NCBI RefSeq assembly: GCF_964194155.1
Contig: NC_135901.1
Span: 21,266,001 to 21,330,000, forward strand
Reading direction: 5' to 3'
Origin: Cetorhinus maximus
Taxonomy: Eukaryota
DNA length: 64,000 nt
Under the pieces are notes generated by a model that was not told where the DNA came from, did not search any database, and saw only the letters and a list, made by a program, of their open reading frames with translations. Every line of letters starts with the position of its first letter. Within the stretch, counting starts at the first letter, position 1. Of this stretch, positions 37,976 to 51,300 are shown one piece after another. A program made the translations under genes and the position numbers.

Positions 37976-38959
37976 AAATTTTTTTTCCCAGTTGGTAAAA
38001 CGGAAGTTTCATGGACAAGGGGGATATTGGATGGGAAGCACAATGAAAGCTTCAGACACTTTATTGAATATTCGCAGCAGAAGAACATTAATCTGATCAG
38101 AGATCACTTCCACACGAGCAGCCAGCGGAGTGGAGCATCTTGAGATCCCTGTCCCTTTCCAGTCGGTATTTACAGGAGCTGGGACATGGAAAAGAGTCTT
38201 AGTAAAATCTAGGATTTATTTGTTCACTGTTTTAAAATGGGTCTGGGCTTACACTCGAAGTTTTTGCAGCCTGTGACTCCCTGGGATTATTAATCCTCCC
38301 CCTCCAGACCCTTTGGGCTCTCTATTGTTGGACTCTCTATTGCTTTTCAATGTCCTCCTGGCCTTGTACCTGATCCAATAAAAACCCTCCTTACATCACA
38401 CAGGGAACAGCTTTAGACATGTTCTGACTTTTCACCTCAATCTTATTCTGCTGAATGATCTCACTGACCGTTCCCTTTCTCTCGATCAGTCCGTCCACCA
38501 TCTCTTTTCTGGATTTCACTCCTTCTTGTTGTTCCAGGATTTCATCTCTCTGCCTTTTATTTCTTTTACTGAAGATTCCTGTCCATTGCTGCCTCACAGC
38601 CTCGTCCTGTTCCCACATATTCTCCATGTCTAAGTGCTTCCCAGTGGCCGCGCCAGCTGTGGCCCCTATTCCAGCCCAGTCACTGATCCCTCTCTTCCCT
38701 CCACCCTTTTCACTGGTGTCACTATCACAGGGATGATTTCAGTGTTTTCCAAAACTGCCTTAACATCGGGGTCATGGCTACTGGGTGGTTATTGTCCACC
38801 TACCTCTCTCCCTGCATTCTGACTTACGAAAATCTTGGATAATTCCCTTATCATCCTATCATAAAGGTCCTTGTAGATGGGATGACATAACCTTGGGGAT
38901 GGGTGTATGGTATTCAGGGCACGTATTACAGGAACTATTTTAAATCTTGTATCATTATA

Positions 38960-40175
38960 TAGGCTTTGTGAGTATGGGTGATGATTAAACCATTTGTGGG
39001 ACCAATTTCCTATGGCAGAACAGATTGAGGGGTAGTTAGGGAATCATCTGGGATCTTGGGCTTCATAAATAGAGGTACTGAGTACAAAAACAGGGAAGTG
39101 CACCAACAGAGAGTTGTTCTGATCTGGAAATCTCTCCCTGAAAAGGTGCTGGAACCTAATTCTATGTTTCGACTCCACCTGCTCGTCCTAGATTCCCCAA
39201 CCAGTGGAAATAGTTCCTCTCTATCCACCCTCTCAGTTCCAATTAATATCCCAAAAACTTTGATCAAATCATCTCTTAATCTTCGAAATTCCAGGGATTA
39301 CAACCCTCACAGTGAGGTGATGTATTTTAGCAGGAGGAATAGAGAGGGGAAGATATAATTCATGGCACAGATCTAAACAATGTGAATGGACAGAGGGACC
39401 TGGGGCTGCATGTGCTTTGATCTCTGAAGGTGACAGGATGTATTAAGAGAGAAGTTGGCACAGCAGATTGGATCTTGAGCTACATAAATAGTGGTATTGA
39501 GAACAAAAACATGGAAGTTATGCTGCATCTTTATAAAGCTTTGGTTAGGCCAGAATTTGAGAATTGCATTCAGTTCTGGTCACCTCACTTTAGGAAGGGT
39601 GTGAAGGTCCTTGAAAAAAATGCAGAGGAGATTTACCAGAATGATTCCTGCGATGGAGGTTGAGGGGAGATTGGTAGAGGTGTACAAGATTATGACAGGT
39701 TTAGATAAGGTGGACAAAGAAAAGCTGCACCCATCAGCTGATTGTACAAGGACACAGGTTTAAGATTTTGGGTAAAAGGTATGGGAGATGTGAGGAAGAA
39801 TATTTTTACACAGTGAATGGTAATGAGCTAGAATTTGCTGCCTGTGAGAGGGGTGGAAATGGACATGATGAATGATTTCAAAAGGAAATTGGATAGATGC
39901 TCAAGGGAAATAAACTTGCAAAGATACAGGGATACAGTAGGGGAATGGGGCTGATTGGATTGCTCTAGAGATCTGGCATGAACTCAATGGGCTGAATGGC
40001 CTCCTCTGTGCCATAATGACTCTGTAACTTTTTTGAGTAATCTCATTCTGTAATTTATCCCTTGGGGCTCAGATATCACTCAGGTAAGTGTTACACTACC
40101 TCCAAGACCTTTCTATCCTTTCTGATGTTTGTTGCCCAGAACTGAACACTGTTCTCCAGGTGTGCTGTAACCAGG
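38960..40175. mobile_element. CR1 LINE fragments, mixed orientation
   Basis: 'LYKALVRPEFENCIQFWSPHFRK' and CR1 3' UTR. Confidence 0.8.
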
Positions 40176-40545
40176 GTTTGTGTGTCTCAGCACTTTTCCA
40201 GTCACACCTGAAATCTTCTCCCATAGACAGTTCAGACAAAGCTTTTCATTTCCACATTCAAAGAGCGATGATATTCAGGTCCGGATGAAACGAGTGACTC
40301 TGTCAGGTCTTGATGTGATATTTGGTTTGAGTTTCCCATCTGTCAATCCTCCACTTCCAGTAACCTGCAAGTTTACGGAAACCACCACTGTAAATCCAGG
40401 ATAGAAATTGAAGAGAGAAACATTTCTTTTGATTTAGTTTGCTGTGTGTAAATCCTCTCCTTCTCACCCCATGTAAAAGGATTTTCCAAAATCCATCCCT
40501 GTCAGTCCAGGATAGAAATAGACAATATTCTCCTCTCCTGCTGAC
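40176..40545 (-). pseudogene. ZNF remnant (unit H): acceptor units, leader and first degenerate finger, cut off by CR1
   Basis: Homologous to 19097-19290 and 59257-59580. Confidence 0.7.
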
Positions 40546-40549
40546 AGGG

Positions 40550-40990
40550 ACAAGGATAAGAGCGCATGCGCCCTGCTGCACATTGACCCCCCCGCCCCTA
40601 TAAAGATGGCGGCCGTTAAACCGGGCCTGTGACCCAGAGGAGTTCACGAGCTTTCGCCACGCCCCGCCCCATTCCGTGTAAACAGGATCGGTAGTTTTTA
40701 GTCGGTGTTTGAGGCCTCTACCGAGTGTTTATGAAGCCTCTCCGCCCACTCTCCTGGCTCTAATCCTCTCCATCCACCCAGTGGCTCCATTACTCATCCG
40801 CACTCCACTATTTCTCGCTTCTCTGTCTAACGCCAGGCACAATCTGCACTGCGCATGCCCCAGTCAGAGACCGCCATTGCGCATGCTCCGGTTGTGCCCA
40901 GCAGTGCGCCTGCGCAGGAAGCGCCTGTTGTCTGGATAGGACATATTCTACCCTGCGGCGAATGCTGGGTAAATGCCCCGCCATTGTAAT
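40550..40990 (-). promoter_or_regulatory. Intact CpG-island promoter (uninserted homologue of the two PLE-hit promoters)
   Basis: Minus strand reads 'caatggcggggcaTTTACCCAGCATTCgccgcagggtagaatatgtcctatcc'; three GCATGCGC; YY1-like AAGATGGCGGC on the plus strand at ~40603. Confidence 0.8.
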
Positions 40991-41386
40991 ACGGTCCTAT
41001 TGAAAATTATACTCTTTGTTTTCCGATTTCGGTTGGAGCCATTAGGGCCAAGATACAAACTTATTAAAATCAAATCAGCTAACCTGCTCCTCGCCAATAA
41101 GAATGTTCTGATTGTGCAACAGATCCTTTGAACTTTTGAAGCTCGAGTGCTAGCAGGTGGGAAAATAGAATAAATTCCTCCACACAAGTGAAGTATCTGA
41201 ATGGTGTTCCTCCAGTGTGACTGAGCTGTTGTGTCAATAAATGGGATAACCGAGAGAATCCATTTCCACATTCAGCTGGTGAATGATATTTCGTGGTGAG
41301 ATTTTACTCATGAGTTTCCAGCTCAGACGAGGATCCAAAACTCTTCTGGTAATGAGACCCACACTCTTAACACTACGCAGTTAAAG

Positions 41387-41612
41387 AAAAGCAAAATACT
41401 GCAGATGCTGGAAATCTGAATTAGCAACAACAAAAAATAGTTAACACATCTGCTAACATTTTTGGAGAGGGAGACATAGTTTACATTTCAGGTCTATAAC
41501 CTTTCATCCTAACTGCACCACATCAGTTCATAGACCTGAAACGTTAACTCTGTTAATCAATCTCCAGATGCTGCCAGATATGCTGAATACTTCCAGCATT
41601 TTCTGTTTTATC
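41387..41612. mobile_element. Miniature PLE tail-out inverted repeat
   Basis: Both arms derive from the PLE 3' end; left arm carries the tail; degenerate HHR remnants. Confidence 0.7.
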
Positions 41613-42414
41613 TCCGGTTAAGGAAGTTGCTGCTGAACTGCACATTAGATTTATTACTGACTAAGTTATATTTATTTTCGACCTTGGAAAATGGAAATTC
41701 TTCCACTTATCAACCCTGTAAAAACACTTTTGTTATCTTAAATTCCTTGATCAGGTCACCCCTCACTCGCTTTTCCAGAGAAAACATTTCCATCCTGTTC
41801 AATCTTTCTTGGTATAATCTTTCAGTTACAGCAACACTCCAGTAAATTATTCTTGCATCTTCTCCAGTCCTCATAATATGGAGACCTGGGCTAATCTGAG
41901 CAGCAAACTCACCATTGTCCCCAAATGTCTGTATGTTGCAGCATTTTAGTCATTTTCCCATTAGCTGAATAAAAGATTGGATGGGGTGAGCAGATCCAAC
42001 GAGCCAGTCTGTAACACTATGGAGTCTCTACTCCTTACAGTGAAGCAGTTGGTCATTTCACTCTTAATTCTTCAATTATGACATGCAGAATAGCGTGTCT
42101 GAGAATGACAAGATTTGAGCATGGTGACAGTAGGTCAGGTTAAGTTCAGTTAATGATTGCTGAACAGTGATAGGGGGAACTTGCAATTAATGTGCACCTT
42201 CATTGTGCATTTTCCAGATTAAAATGAATTGATCTCTGCCTTGAGTATATTCATAAGCAGCAATCTGACGAGTGACCAAGTAATCGTGTATTTTTGCTGT
42301 GTTAGTTAAAACATGAATGTTGGTCCCACTGCACCAGGAGAACTCCCATGTGGACAGTATGTGGAGCTGAAAACTCTTTATTTAGAACCTTTCACACCCT
42401 CAGAACAGTGGGGG

Positions 42415-42875
42415 ATGGGGGAGGCAGTGGCATTGTGATGGGACTAGTAATCCAGAGACCCAGGGTAATGATCTGGGAACCTGGGTTCAAATCCCACCAA
42501 AGCAGATGGTGGAATTTGAATTCAATTAAAATCTGGAATTAAAAGCCCAATGACAACCATGAAACCATTGTTGATTGTCGTAAAATCCCATCTGGTTCAT
42601 TGATGCCCTTCAGGAAAGGAAATCTGCTGTCCTTACCTGGTCTGGCCTACATGTGACTCCAGACCCACAGCAAGGTGCTTGACTCTTACATGCCCTCCGA
42701 AATGGCCTAGAAAGCAACTCAGTTGTATCAAAACCACTAAAAACAAGTCAGCACTGTTGGTGTACCTATACCACATGGATTGCAGTAGTTCAAGAAGGCA
42801 GCTCACCACCACCTTCTCAAGGGCAATGAGGGATGAGCAATAAATCCCACACATCACATGAATGAATAAAAAAAT
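42415..42875 (+). mobile_element. HE1-type SINE plus HER1 tail
   Basis: tRNA-like head with B-box GGTTCAAATCCC at ~42484; central domain; 3' tail 'cccacacatcacatgaatgaataaaaaaa'. Confidence 0.8.
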
Positions 42876-42877
42876 GT

Positions 42878-43250
42878 ATCAATAATCAGGACACTGTTAC
42901 ATTAATAATCAGAATCCTACTGCATCAATAATGAGGATCCTCAATGCTTGGGTTCCTATTATATTAATGATCAGAGTCCAATTACTTTAAGATTCAGGAT
43001 CCCAACACATTAATAATCAGGATATTATTGCATTGATAGTTTGGTGCCTATTGCATCAACATTCAGGATCTTATTATATAAATTATATAAATATTAATAA
43101 TCAGGATTCTATTCCATTAATAATCAGAATATAATTACATTAATTACATGGTTCCTACTGCATTAATAATCAGCTGCCTATTGCTTCAATAATCAGGAAA
43201 TTATTGCAATTATCATTATGCTAATACATTAGTAGTCAAAATTATTTCAA
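42878..43250. repeat. Degenerate AT-rich minisatellite, ~23-bp unit 'cattaataatcaggatcctattg'
   Basis: Recurrent 'aataatcagg/aataatcaga' at roughly 22-23 bp spacing. Confidence 0.7.
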
Positions 43251-43254
43251 TTAT

Positions 43255-44350
43255 GATAGAAAGGTAGGTAGGAGAGTAAGTTGTGAAGAGGACATAAGGA
43301 GGCTACAAAGAGAAACGGATAGGTTAAGTGAGTGGGCAAAGATCTGGCAAATGGAGTATAATGTGGGCAAATGTGGAATTGACCATTTTGGCAGGAAAAT
43401 TAAAAGAGAAGCATATTACAGAAATGGTGAGAGATTGCAGAGCTCTGAGATTCAGAGGGATCCTAGGTGTCCTAGCGCAGGAATCACAAAAGGCTAGTGT
43501 GCAGGTACAGCAAGTAATTAAGGAAGCTAAACGAATGTTATCATTTAGTGTGAGAGGAATTGAATACAAAAGTAGGAAGGTTATACTTCATTGTACAGGA
43601 CACTGGTGAGATCATATCTGGAGTACTGTGTATAGTATTGATCTCCTTATTTAAGGTAGAATCGAAATGCTTTATAAGCAGTTCAGGGAAGGTTTACAAA
43701 ACTAATACCAGGAATAGGCGAGTTCTATTATGAGGAAAGACTGGACAGGCTAGGCTTGTATTTGCTAGAGTTTAGTAGAGTAAGAGGCAACTTTATTGAA
43801 GCATATAATATGTTGAGGGGTCTTGACAGAGTGGCAGTGGAGAGGATGATTCCTCTTGTCAAGAACGAGGGGTCACTGTTTAAAAATAAGGGGCCACCCA
43901 TTTAAGACAAAAATTAGAAGAATTTTTTTTCTCTCAGAGGGTTGAGAGTTTTTAGGAATCCCTTCCTCAAAAGGCAGTGGAAGCAGAGTCTTTGAATGTT
44001 TTCAAGGGGAGGTAGATATATTCTTTATAAATAAGGGGTTGAAAGGATATCTGTCATAGGCGAGAGGTTACAGTCAGAGCAGCCATGATTTATTGAATGG
44101 TGCAGCAGGCTCGAAGGGCTGAGTGGCTTATTCCTGCTCCAAACCCAAGCACAAATACTTGGGTGTATATATGCATAGATCATTGAAGGTAGCAGGGCTG
44201 GTGGAGAGAGCAGTTAATCAAGCATATAGCACCCTGGGCTTTATTAACAAGGGTATAGAACACAAGAGCAGGGAGGTTATGCTGAATTTATATTAGACAC
44301 TCATTAGACCTCAGCTGGAATATTGTGCACAGTTCTGGGCACCATATTTT
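43255..44350 (+). mobile_element. CR1 LINE 3' fragments
   Basis: CR1 ORF2 C-terminal region and 3' UTR. Confidence 0.8.
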
Positions 44351-44354
44351 TGGG

Positions 44355-45080
44355 AGGATTGATTGCTTAGCAAGCAGAAAGGCACCCAGCAAGGATGAAA
44401 TTCCAGCTGAACCGCTCAAGCACAGAAAGTCCCATCTACTGCCTCACCTTCATGATCTCTATTTTCTCGGTTGGAACATAGGATCCATTCCACAGGACAC
44501 GTGTGATGCAAGGATCATCACAATAAACAAGAACAAAGGTGACAGGAGATTTCAGCACCTACAGGGACATCTTACTCCCTCACGTCACTGGGAAGACCTG
44601 TGCTGGGTTATGCTTAGAGACTTCATCTACTTGCAGACCAAGTACATCCAGAAGCACAGTGCAGTTTCTGTGCTTCTGGAGAGTGGGAGATGTCTGTCTC
44701 ACAGGAATACAGCTCACAGTAGTGTTCAATCCAGTGAGACATTTGTTTACTTCCATCGGTGAGAACTTCACCATATGCTGATTTCACGGGGTTAATTTTG
44801 GTGATGGTCAGACCATGTGCCTTTGACCCCATCATCCATAACACGGAGGTTTCTATTGGCACAGGCAGTTTGGATTTCTTGACATAGGCTGATCCACTGT
44901 TTATTTACACAGGATCTCCCTGTATTTTGCACAACTGTCGTGGCTACTTTCAAGTTATGCAGTGCTCTTGCTGTTGGGTCTCAAACCAATCTCTGTTGTG
45001 GGTTCCACCGTTACCAAATGTTGCTGCTGCTGTGTCAGAAATGATTGAACTCAGCGACTTCCAAGCTTCATCAATATCAA
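44355..45080. mobile_element. RTE-clade LINE fragment, internally inverted (+ 44355-44680, - 44680-45080)
   Basis: 'RKAPSKDEIPAEPLK..DARIITINKNKGDR' and 'HWIEHY' are RTE motifs; paralog at 46690-48335. Confidence 0.7.
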
Positions 45081-45082
45081 TG

Positions 45083-45291
45083 AAATCAAAATACTGCGGA
45101 TACCGGAGATCTGAAACAAAGACAGAAAGTGCTGACAAACTCAGCAAGTCTGGCAGCATCTGTGGAGACAAAAACACAATTAATGTTTTGAGTTCAACAG
45201 TCATATTCAACTCGAAGCGTTAACTCTGTTTCCCTCTCCAAGGATGCTACCAGACCTTCTGAGTTTTTCAAGCATTTTCTCCTTGTGTTTA
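45083..45291. mobile_element. Miniature PLE tail-out inverted repeat with 13-bp TSD
   Basis: atca(a/g)tatcaatg at 45070-45082 and 45292-45304; single-copy empty site in the paralogous arm at 46686-46698. Confidence 0.8.
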
Positions 45292-45763
45292 ATCAGTATC
45301 AATGTTGATTGATGACGCTTTTATTGATGTCCCTGTAAAATATTTTACTGTTGTGTTTAATGTTCCTTATTAATTTAATTTCATAAAGAAGGTGTAACTG
45401 AAGAAGAATGTGCAAGTCAGTAACAATTGTCAGCAAAGATTAATCAGCACTTTCTAATTGGAGATGTTAATCAGTGGAACCTTTCAGACACTGAATTGTA
45501 GATTTTACACCAAAGATCAATTTAGGATTGAATTAAAAGTTCATAATTTTATTACAAATGAGTTTGTGTTAAGAGATCTTGAGGATTAAGGGGAAAGATC
45601 ACAGGTTGTATGTTTAAAAAGGGATACTGCAGCCCTGAAAATCAGCAACATCTGCAGAATATTAAACTTCAGTCACTTATAGCGGTTGTAAACATCAGCA
45701 GAAACAAACCAAATCCTGGATGAGATTAGCAGCAACAATAGCAGCAAAATCCAACCCCTGTAA

Positions 45764-46280
45764 TCACTTATGAATTTGCTGATGTGTCAGCAGGTGAGAT
45801 GACCTAGTGTATCCCTTCCCACACACGGAGCACGTGAATGGCCTCTCCCCAGTATGAGTACGTTCATGTAACAGCAGGCTAAAGGACTGAATGAATCCCT
45901 TCCCACACATGGAGCAGGTGAACGGCCCCTCCCCAGTGTGAGTGCGTTGGTGTGCAGTGAGGCTGGATGACTGTCTGAAGCTCTTTCTACAGTAGGTACA
46001 GCTGAATGGTTTCTCCTCAGTGTGAATTCGCTGGCGTGTCAGAAGGCTGGATGAATGAGTGAATCCCTTTCCACACACAGAACAGGCGAACGGCCTCTCT
46101 CCAGTGTGAACTCGCTTGTGTGCATTGAGGTCGGATGAACACCTGAACCTCCTTCCACAGTGAGAGCAGCTGAACGGCCTCTCCTCAGTGTGAATTCGCT
46201 GGTGTAACTGCAGGCTGAATGACCACATGAATCCCTTCCCACACATGGAGCAGCTGAAGGGTCTCTACCCTGTGTGAATT
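45764..46280 (-). pseudogene. 5'-deleted C2H2 zinc-finger unit I (6 finger repeats)
   Basis: ORF 45764..46246 begins inside a finger; no acceptor, leader or promoter upstream; abuts an inverted copy of its own 3' flank. Confidence 0.75.
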
Positions 46281-46930
46281 TTCTATATTTCCATATCAGG
46301 TTTGTTCCTGCTTATGTTAACAACCCCTATAACTGGCTGGAGTTTAACATTCTGGAGATGTCAATAATTTTCACGGCTGTCCCTTTTTAAAAGCCATGAA
46401 AGATCTGTGATCTTTCCTCTCTCAACTGGAACTCGTTTACAATAAAGTAATGAACTTTCACTTCAATCCTAAATTGGTCTTTGGTGCAAAATCTACAATT
46501 CAATGTCTGAAAGGTTCCATTGATTAACATCTGCAATTAGAAAGTGCTGATTAATCCTTGCTGACAATTCTTACTCACTTCCACATTCTTCACCGTGACA
46601 CCTCCGTTATGAAATTAAGTTATCAAAGAAGAATCAAAATAGTAAAATATTTTACAGGCACATTAATAAAAGCTTCATCGATCAACATTGATACTGATGA
46701 AGCTTGGAAGTCGCTGAGTTCAATCATTTCTGACACAGCAGCAGCAACATTTGGTTAAGGTGGAACCCACAACAAAGGCTGGTTTGAGAACTGATCAACA
46801 GATATGATATCTGTCATTGAAGTAAAAAGCAAAGCCTACCTGATGCACAACATAGACCCAACAGCTAGAACATCTTGTAACTTGAATGTAGCCAAGACAG
46901 TTGTGTAAAAAACAGGGAGATACTGTTCAA

Positions 46931-47680
46931 TGTCATGAAGCTATTAATGTCAATAATATTTTGGAAAATATTTTTTTTAAAAATAGAGATTTAGTCTGTG
47001 GGTATGTCTTAAGTGTATTAAAGCCAGCTAGTCTGGGTGCTTTGATAGGTACTCATTTTGATATGCAAGAGAGAGAGCGTGCATTTGCATTTTTTGAATA
47101 GAGCATTCAAGAAGTGGAGTGAAAATTGACGCTTTTCTAGCAGCTACCAAGCAATATGTTTATATTACTCATAAAATTGTTATTATGAATGGGGTTTTAT
47201 TCTTAAAAGGTGAAGTTCAAAGAGGTTGTTGAAACAATGAGAATTAACATTCAGTGGGGCTGGTAGGTATAATTTCAGTAGTTTTCAGGCAGAGGCAATG
47301 TAAGATCAAAAGACAGCTGCAAGCCTCCAACTGGCTCCAAAGTGAAAAGAACCTCATTTTGAATTTATGAGGTGAAAATACTTTGCCTGGTGTTTGGTTA
47401 AGTCTATGGGTTGCTGTTGCCTTAATGGAGATTAGTTTGGGAATTTGTTAAAAGCTATAACAGTAGTAATTTGTAGCCATGTGTATATGTTTTAACCTGT
47501 GTAAATTAATAAATGTTTCAATTAGTTTAATGTAAAGCCTCGAGAACTGATGGTCTGATTCCTGAATTTCGGGTCGCACCTCAAACATAACACTTAAAAT
47601 TATAGGTTATGACAGTTGTTTAAAGTTTCCCTCTGGGATTTTTAAATAACTCTACTTCACCAGCTGCATTGGTCATAACA
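46931..47680 (+). mobile_element. Solo LTR (750 bp), probably Gypsy/ERV type
   Basis: TGTCATGA...TCATAACA termini; AATAAA at ~47508; interrupts the RTE sequence with a (t/g)caa 4-bp duplication. Confidence 0.7.
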
Positions 47681-48334
47681 GCAAATAAACACTGGATCAA
47701 CCTGTGTCAAGAAATTCAACCAGCCTGCAACACAGGAAATCTATGTGTTGTGTAGTGATTGGATGAACAGGGCACTTGGTTCGACCATCAACAAAGTTGC
47801 CCCCCACCGAAATCACATGGTGAAGTGCTCATCAACAGAAGTAATCAGATGTCCTGCTGGGTTGAACATTACTGTGATCTGTACAACCATGAGATGGACA
47901 TCTCCCAGTCTCTGTTTGACTCTCCAGGACCTTCCTGTCGTAGTTAGTTCGTCAAGGAACCCTCATGACTCGAGCTTGAAAAGGCCATTGATTGTTCAGC
48001 AAGCAGAAAGTCACCCAGCCTAATGGAATTTCAGCTGAACTGCTCAAGCACGGAAAGTCCCATCTATTGTTAGCACCCACTTCTCTGTTGGGAGGTAGGA
48101 ACCATTCCACATGCGTGACACAAAAATCATCACAATAACCAAAAACAAATGTGACAGAAGAGATTGTGACTACATGGACATCTCACTCCTTAGAATCACT
48201 AGGAAGACCTTCACTCGGGTCATGTTTTAAAGACTTTACCTTTTTGCAGTCTGAGTCTCTGGAGAAGCTCAGTGCAGTTTCTGTGCTGGTAGATCTTCAG
48301 TGGACATGATCTTCTCCATACACCAGCTACAAGA

Positions 48335-51300
48335 GAAGTTGGAGGAAGAAGGAAGGAAGAGCATAGTGACAGGGGATTCATTAGTTAAGGGAACAGAGCG
48401 GTGTTCCTGCGGCCATAAACATGACTCCAGGATGGTATGTTACCTTCTTGGTGCCAGGGCCAAGGATGTCACCGAGTGGGTGAGGGACATTCTTTTGGGG
48501 GAGGGTGAACAACCAGAGGTCGTGGTCCACGTTGGTACCAATGACTTAAGTAGGAAGAGGGATGTGGCCCTGCAGACGGAATTTAGGGAGCTAGGTAGAA
48601 AATTAGCAAGCAGGACCTCAAATGTAATATTCTCCATATTATTTCCAGTGCTATGTGCAAGTGAGCATAAAAATAGGATAAGGCAGATGAATGCGTGGCT
48701 GGAAAGATGTTGCAGGAGGGAGGGCTTTAGATTCCTGGGACACTGGGAGTGGCTCTGAGGGAAAATGGCACCTGCACAAGCCGGAAGGGTTGCACCTGAA
48801 CAGAGCCAGGACTGAGCTCCTTGATGTGTGTTTGCTAGTCTTGTTGTGGGGGTTGGGGGAGGCTTCAAACTAATTCAGCAGGGGTGTGGGAACCAGGAGA
48901 GAATATTAGAGAGTAATAATAAGCTGCAAAAAATACTGGGAGAGACAGATAACATGAGAATAGCAAATAGTAAGGAAATAGGCACAATCGGAGTGAGGGT
49001 GAAAGTAATGCACTCAAAATCAGGGTTATACTATATGTATGTGAATGCACGGAGTATAGTAGATAAGATTGCTGAGTTACAGGTGCAGATTGCCATGTGG
49101 AAATATTACGCTGTGGCGATGACAGAGATCTGGCTCAGGGAAGGGGAGGACTGGGTGTTAACTATCCCTGGGTACAACATGTTCAGGAAAGGTAGGGCAG
49201 GAAGAAAAGGAGGGATGGGTGGCTGTATTGATTAAGGAAAGCTTTGCAGTGCTGGAGAATGAGGATGTCCAGAGAGTTCAAGGACAGAATCAATTTGACT
49301 AATGCCAAGGAACAAAAAGGGTGCAATTACATTGCTCAGTGTAATCTATAAACCGCCAACTAGTAGGAAGGATGTAGAGGAACAAATCTGAAGGAAAATA
49401 GCAGAGAGTTGCAAACATTATAGAGTAGCTATAATGGCGAACTTTAATTTCCTGAATATAGACTGGGATAGTGGCAGTGTAAAGGGTAGAGAGGGGCATG
49501 AGTTCCTAGGGTGTGTTCAGGCAAATTTTCTACAGCAGCATGTGTCCAGTCCAACAAGAAAGGAGGCACTGCCAGACCTGGTTTTTGGAAACGATGTGAG
49601 CCAAGTAGATCAGGTGTCAGTGGGGGAACATTTAGGAGACAGTGATTATTGTATCATAAGGTTTAGGATGATGCTAGAAAAGGACAATGTGCAATCCAGA
49701 GTAAGAATAATTAACTGGGGGAGCGCTGACTTCAATGGAGCAAGAACAGAACTGGGCCGGATAGACTGGAACCAAAGGTTGGTGGGAAGACGTAGCTGAA
49801 CAATGGGCTACCTTGAAAGAAGAAATGATTCTGGCAGAGTCAAGGTATATTCCCTCAAAAGGGAAAGGTAGGGCAATTCAGAGCTCCCTGAATGAAAAAT
49901 GAGATAGAAATTAAGATAAAGAAGAAAAAATGTGCTGATGACAGGTGTCAGGTAGAAAATACAATTGGGAACTAGTCGGACTACAGAAGAAGGTTCAGAG
50001 GGGAGATGAAAATGCAAATAAGAGAAGCAAAGAGGGATCATGAGAAAAAAAACTGGCAGCCAACATAGAGAGGAATGCCAAAGTCTTCTATAGGCACATA
50101 AAACGATGGTAAAAGGAGGAGTAATGTCAATTAGGGACCAAAAGAAAGGATTACACATGGAGGCGGGGGCATAGCTGAGGTGTTAAATGAATACTTTGCA
50201 TCTGTCTTTACCAAGGAAGCAGATGCTACCCAGGCCACGGTGACAGAGGAGGAACCTCTGTCGCTGGAAGGGTAAAAAATTGATAAGGGGGAAGTGTTGG
50301 TTGAACTGTTGGTACTTAAAGTTGACAAGGCACCGGGACTGGATGAGATGCATCCAAGGATATTGAAGGAAGTTATAGTAGAAATTGCAGGGGCACTGGC
50401 CATAATCGTTCATTCTTCCCTTGACTCAGGGGAGGTGCCAGAGGACTGTAGAATTACAAACATTACGCCCTTGTTCAAAAAAGGTTGTAAGGATAAGCCC
50501 AACATTTACAGACCAGTCAGTTTAACTTCTTTGGTGGGGAAGCTTCTAGGGAAAATTATTTGGGATAGAATTAATCATCACATAGAAGAATGTGAGTTGA
50601 TTAGGAAGAGCCAGCAACGTTTTCTAATGGGGAACAAAACCAAGAATTGCTGGAAAAACTCAGCAGGTCTGACAGCATCTGTGGAGAGGAAAACAGAGTT
50701 AACGTTTCGAGTCCATATGACTCTTCATCAAAGAGAAATAGAAATATGGTGAAATATAAGCTGTTTAATGGGGGGTTGGACAGGTGGTGGTGGATAGAGG
50801 GCCAGTGATAGGTGGGGGCAAAGGAGAGATTACCAAAGATGTCATAAACAAAAGGTCAAAGGGGTGTTGACGGTGGTGATATTAGCTAAGGAATGTGCTA
50901 ATGGTGACATTAAGGATAAAAAGCAGGATGAGCAAGTGACAGATGGCCCTAGTGGGGGTGGGGTGGGGGTAGGGGATCGAAATAGGCTAAAAGGTGGGGA
51001 TAAAGCAATGAATGGAAATAAATTTTTAAAATAATAGTAGAAATAGGTGGGAAAAGAAAAAATGTATATATAAAAAATGTATAATAATTATTAGAAAAAA
51101 GGGGATCAAAAAGGGTGAGGATGGAGGAGGGAGTTCATGATCTGAAGTTGTTGAACTCAATGTTAAGTCTGGGAGGCTGTAACGGACTCGAAACATTAAC
51201 TCTGTCTTCCTCTCCACAGATGCTGTCAGACCTGCTGAGTTTTTCCAGCAATTTTTGGGTTTTTGTTTCAGATTTCCAGCATCTGTAGTATTTTGCTTTT

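Noticed and set aside
41880-42400. Possible Deu-domain/L2-tailed SINE
   Set aside because: Only a short degenerate resemblance; too weak to call without a repeat library.
42415-42500. tRNA gene
   Set aside because: A B-box is present but no cloverleaf; it is the head of an HE1-type SINE.
42878-43250. CRISPR-like repeat-spacer array
   Set aside because: Degenerate contiguous minisatellite without unique spacers, in eukaryotic context, with no cas genes.
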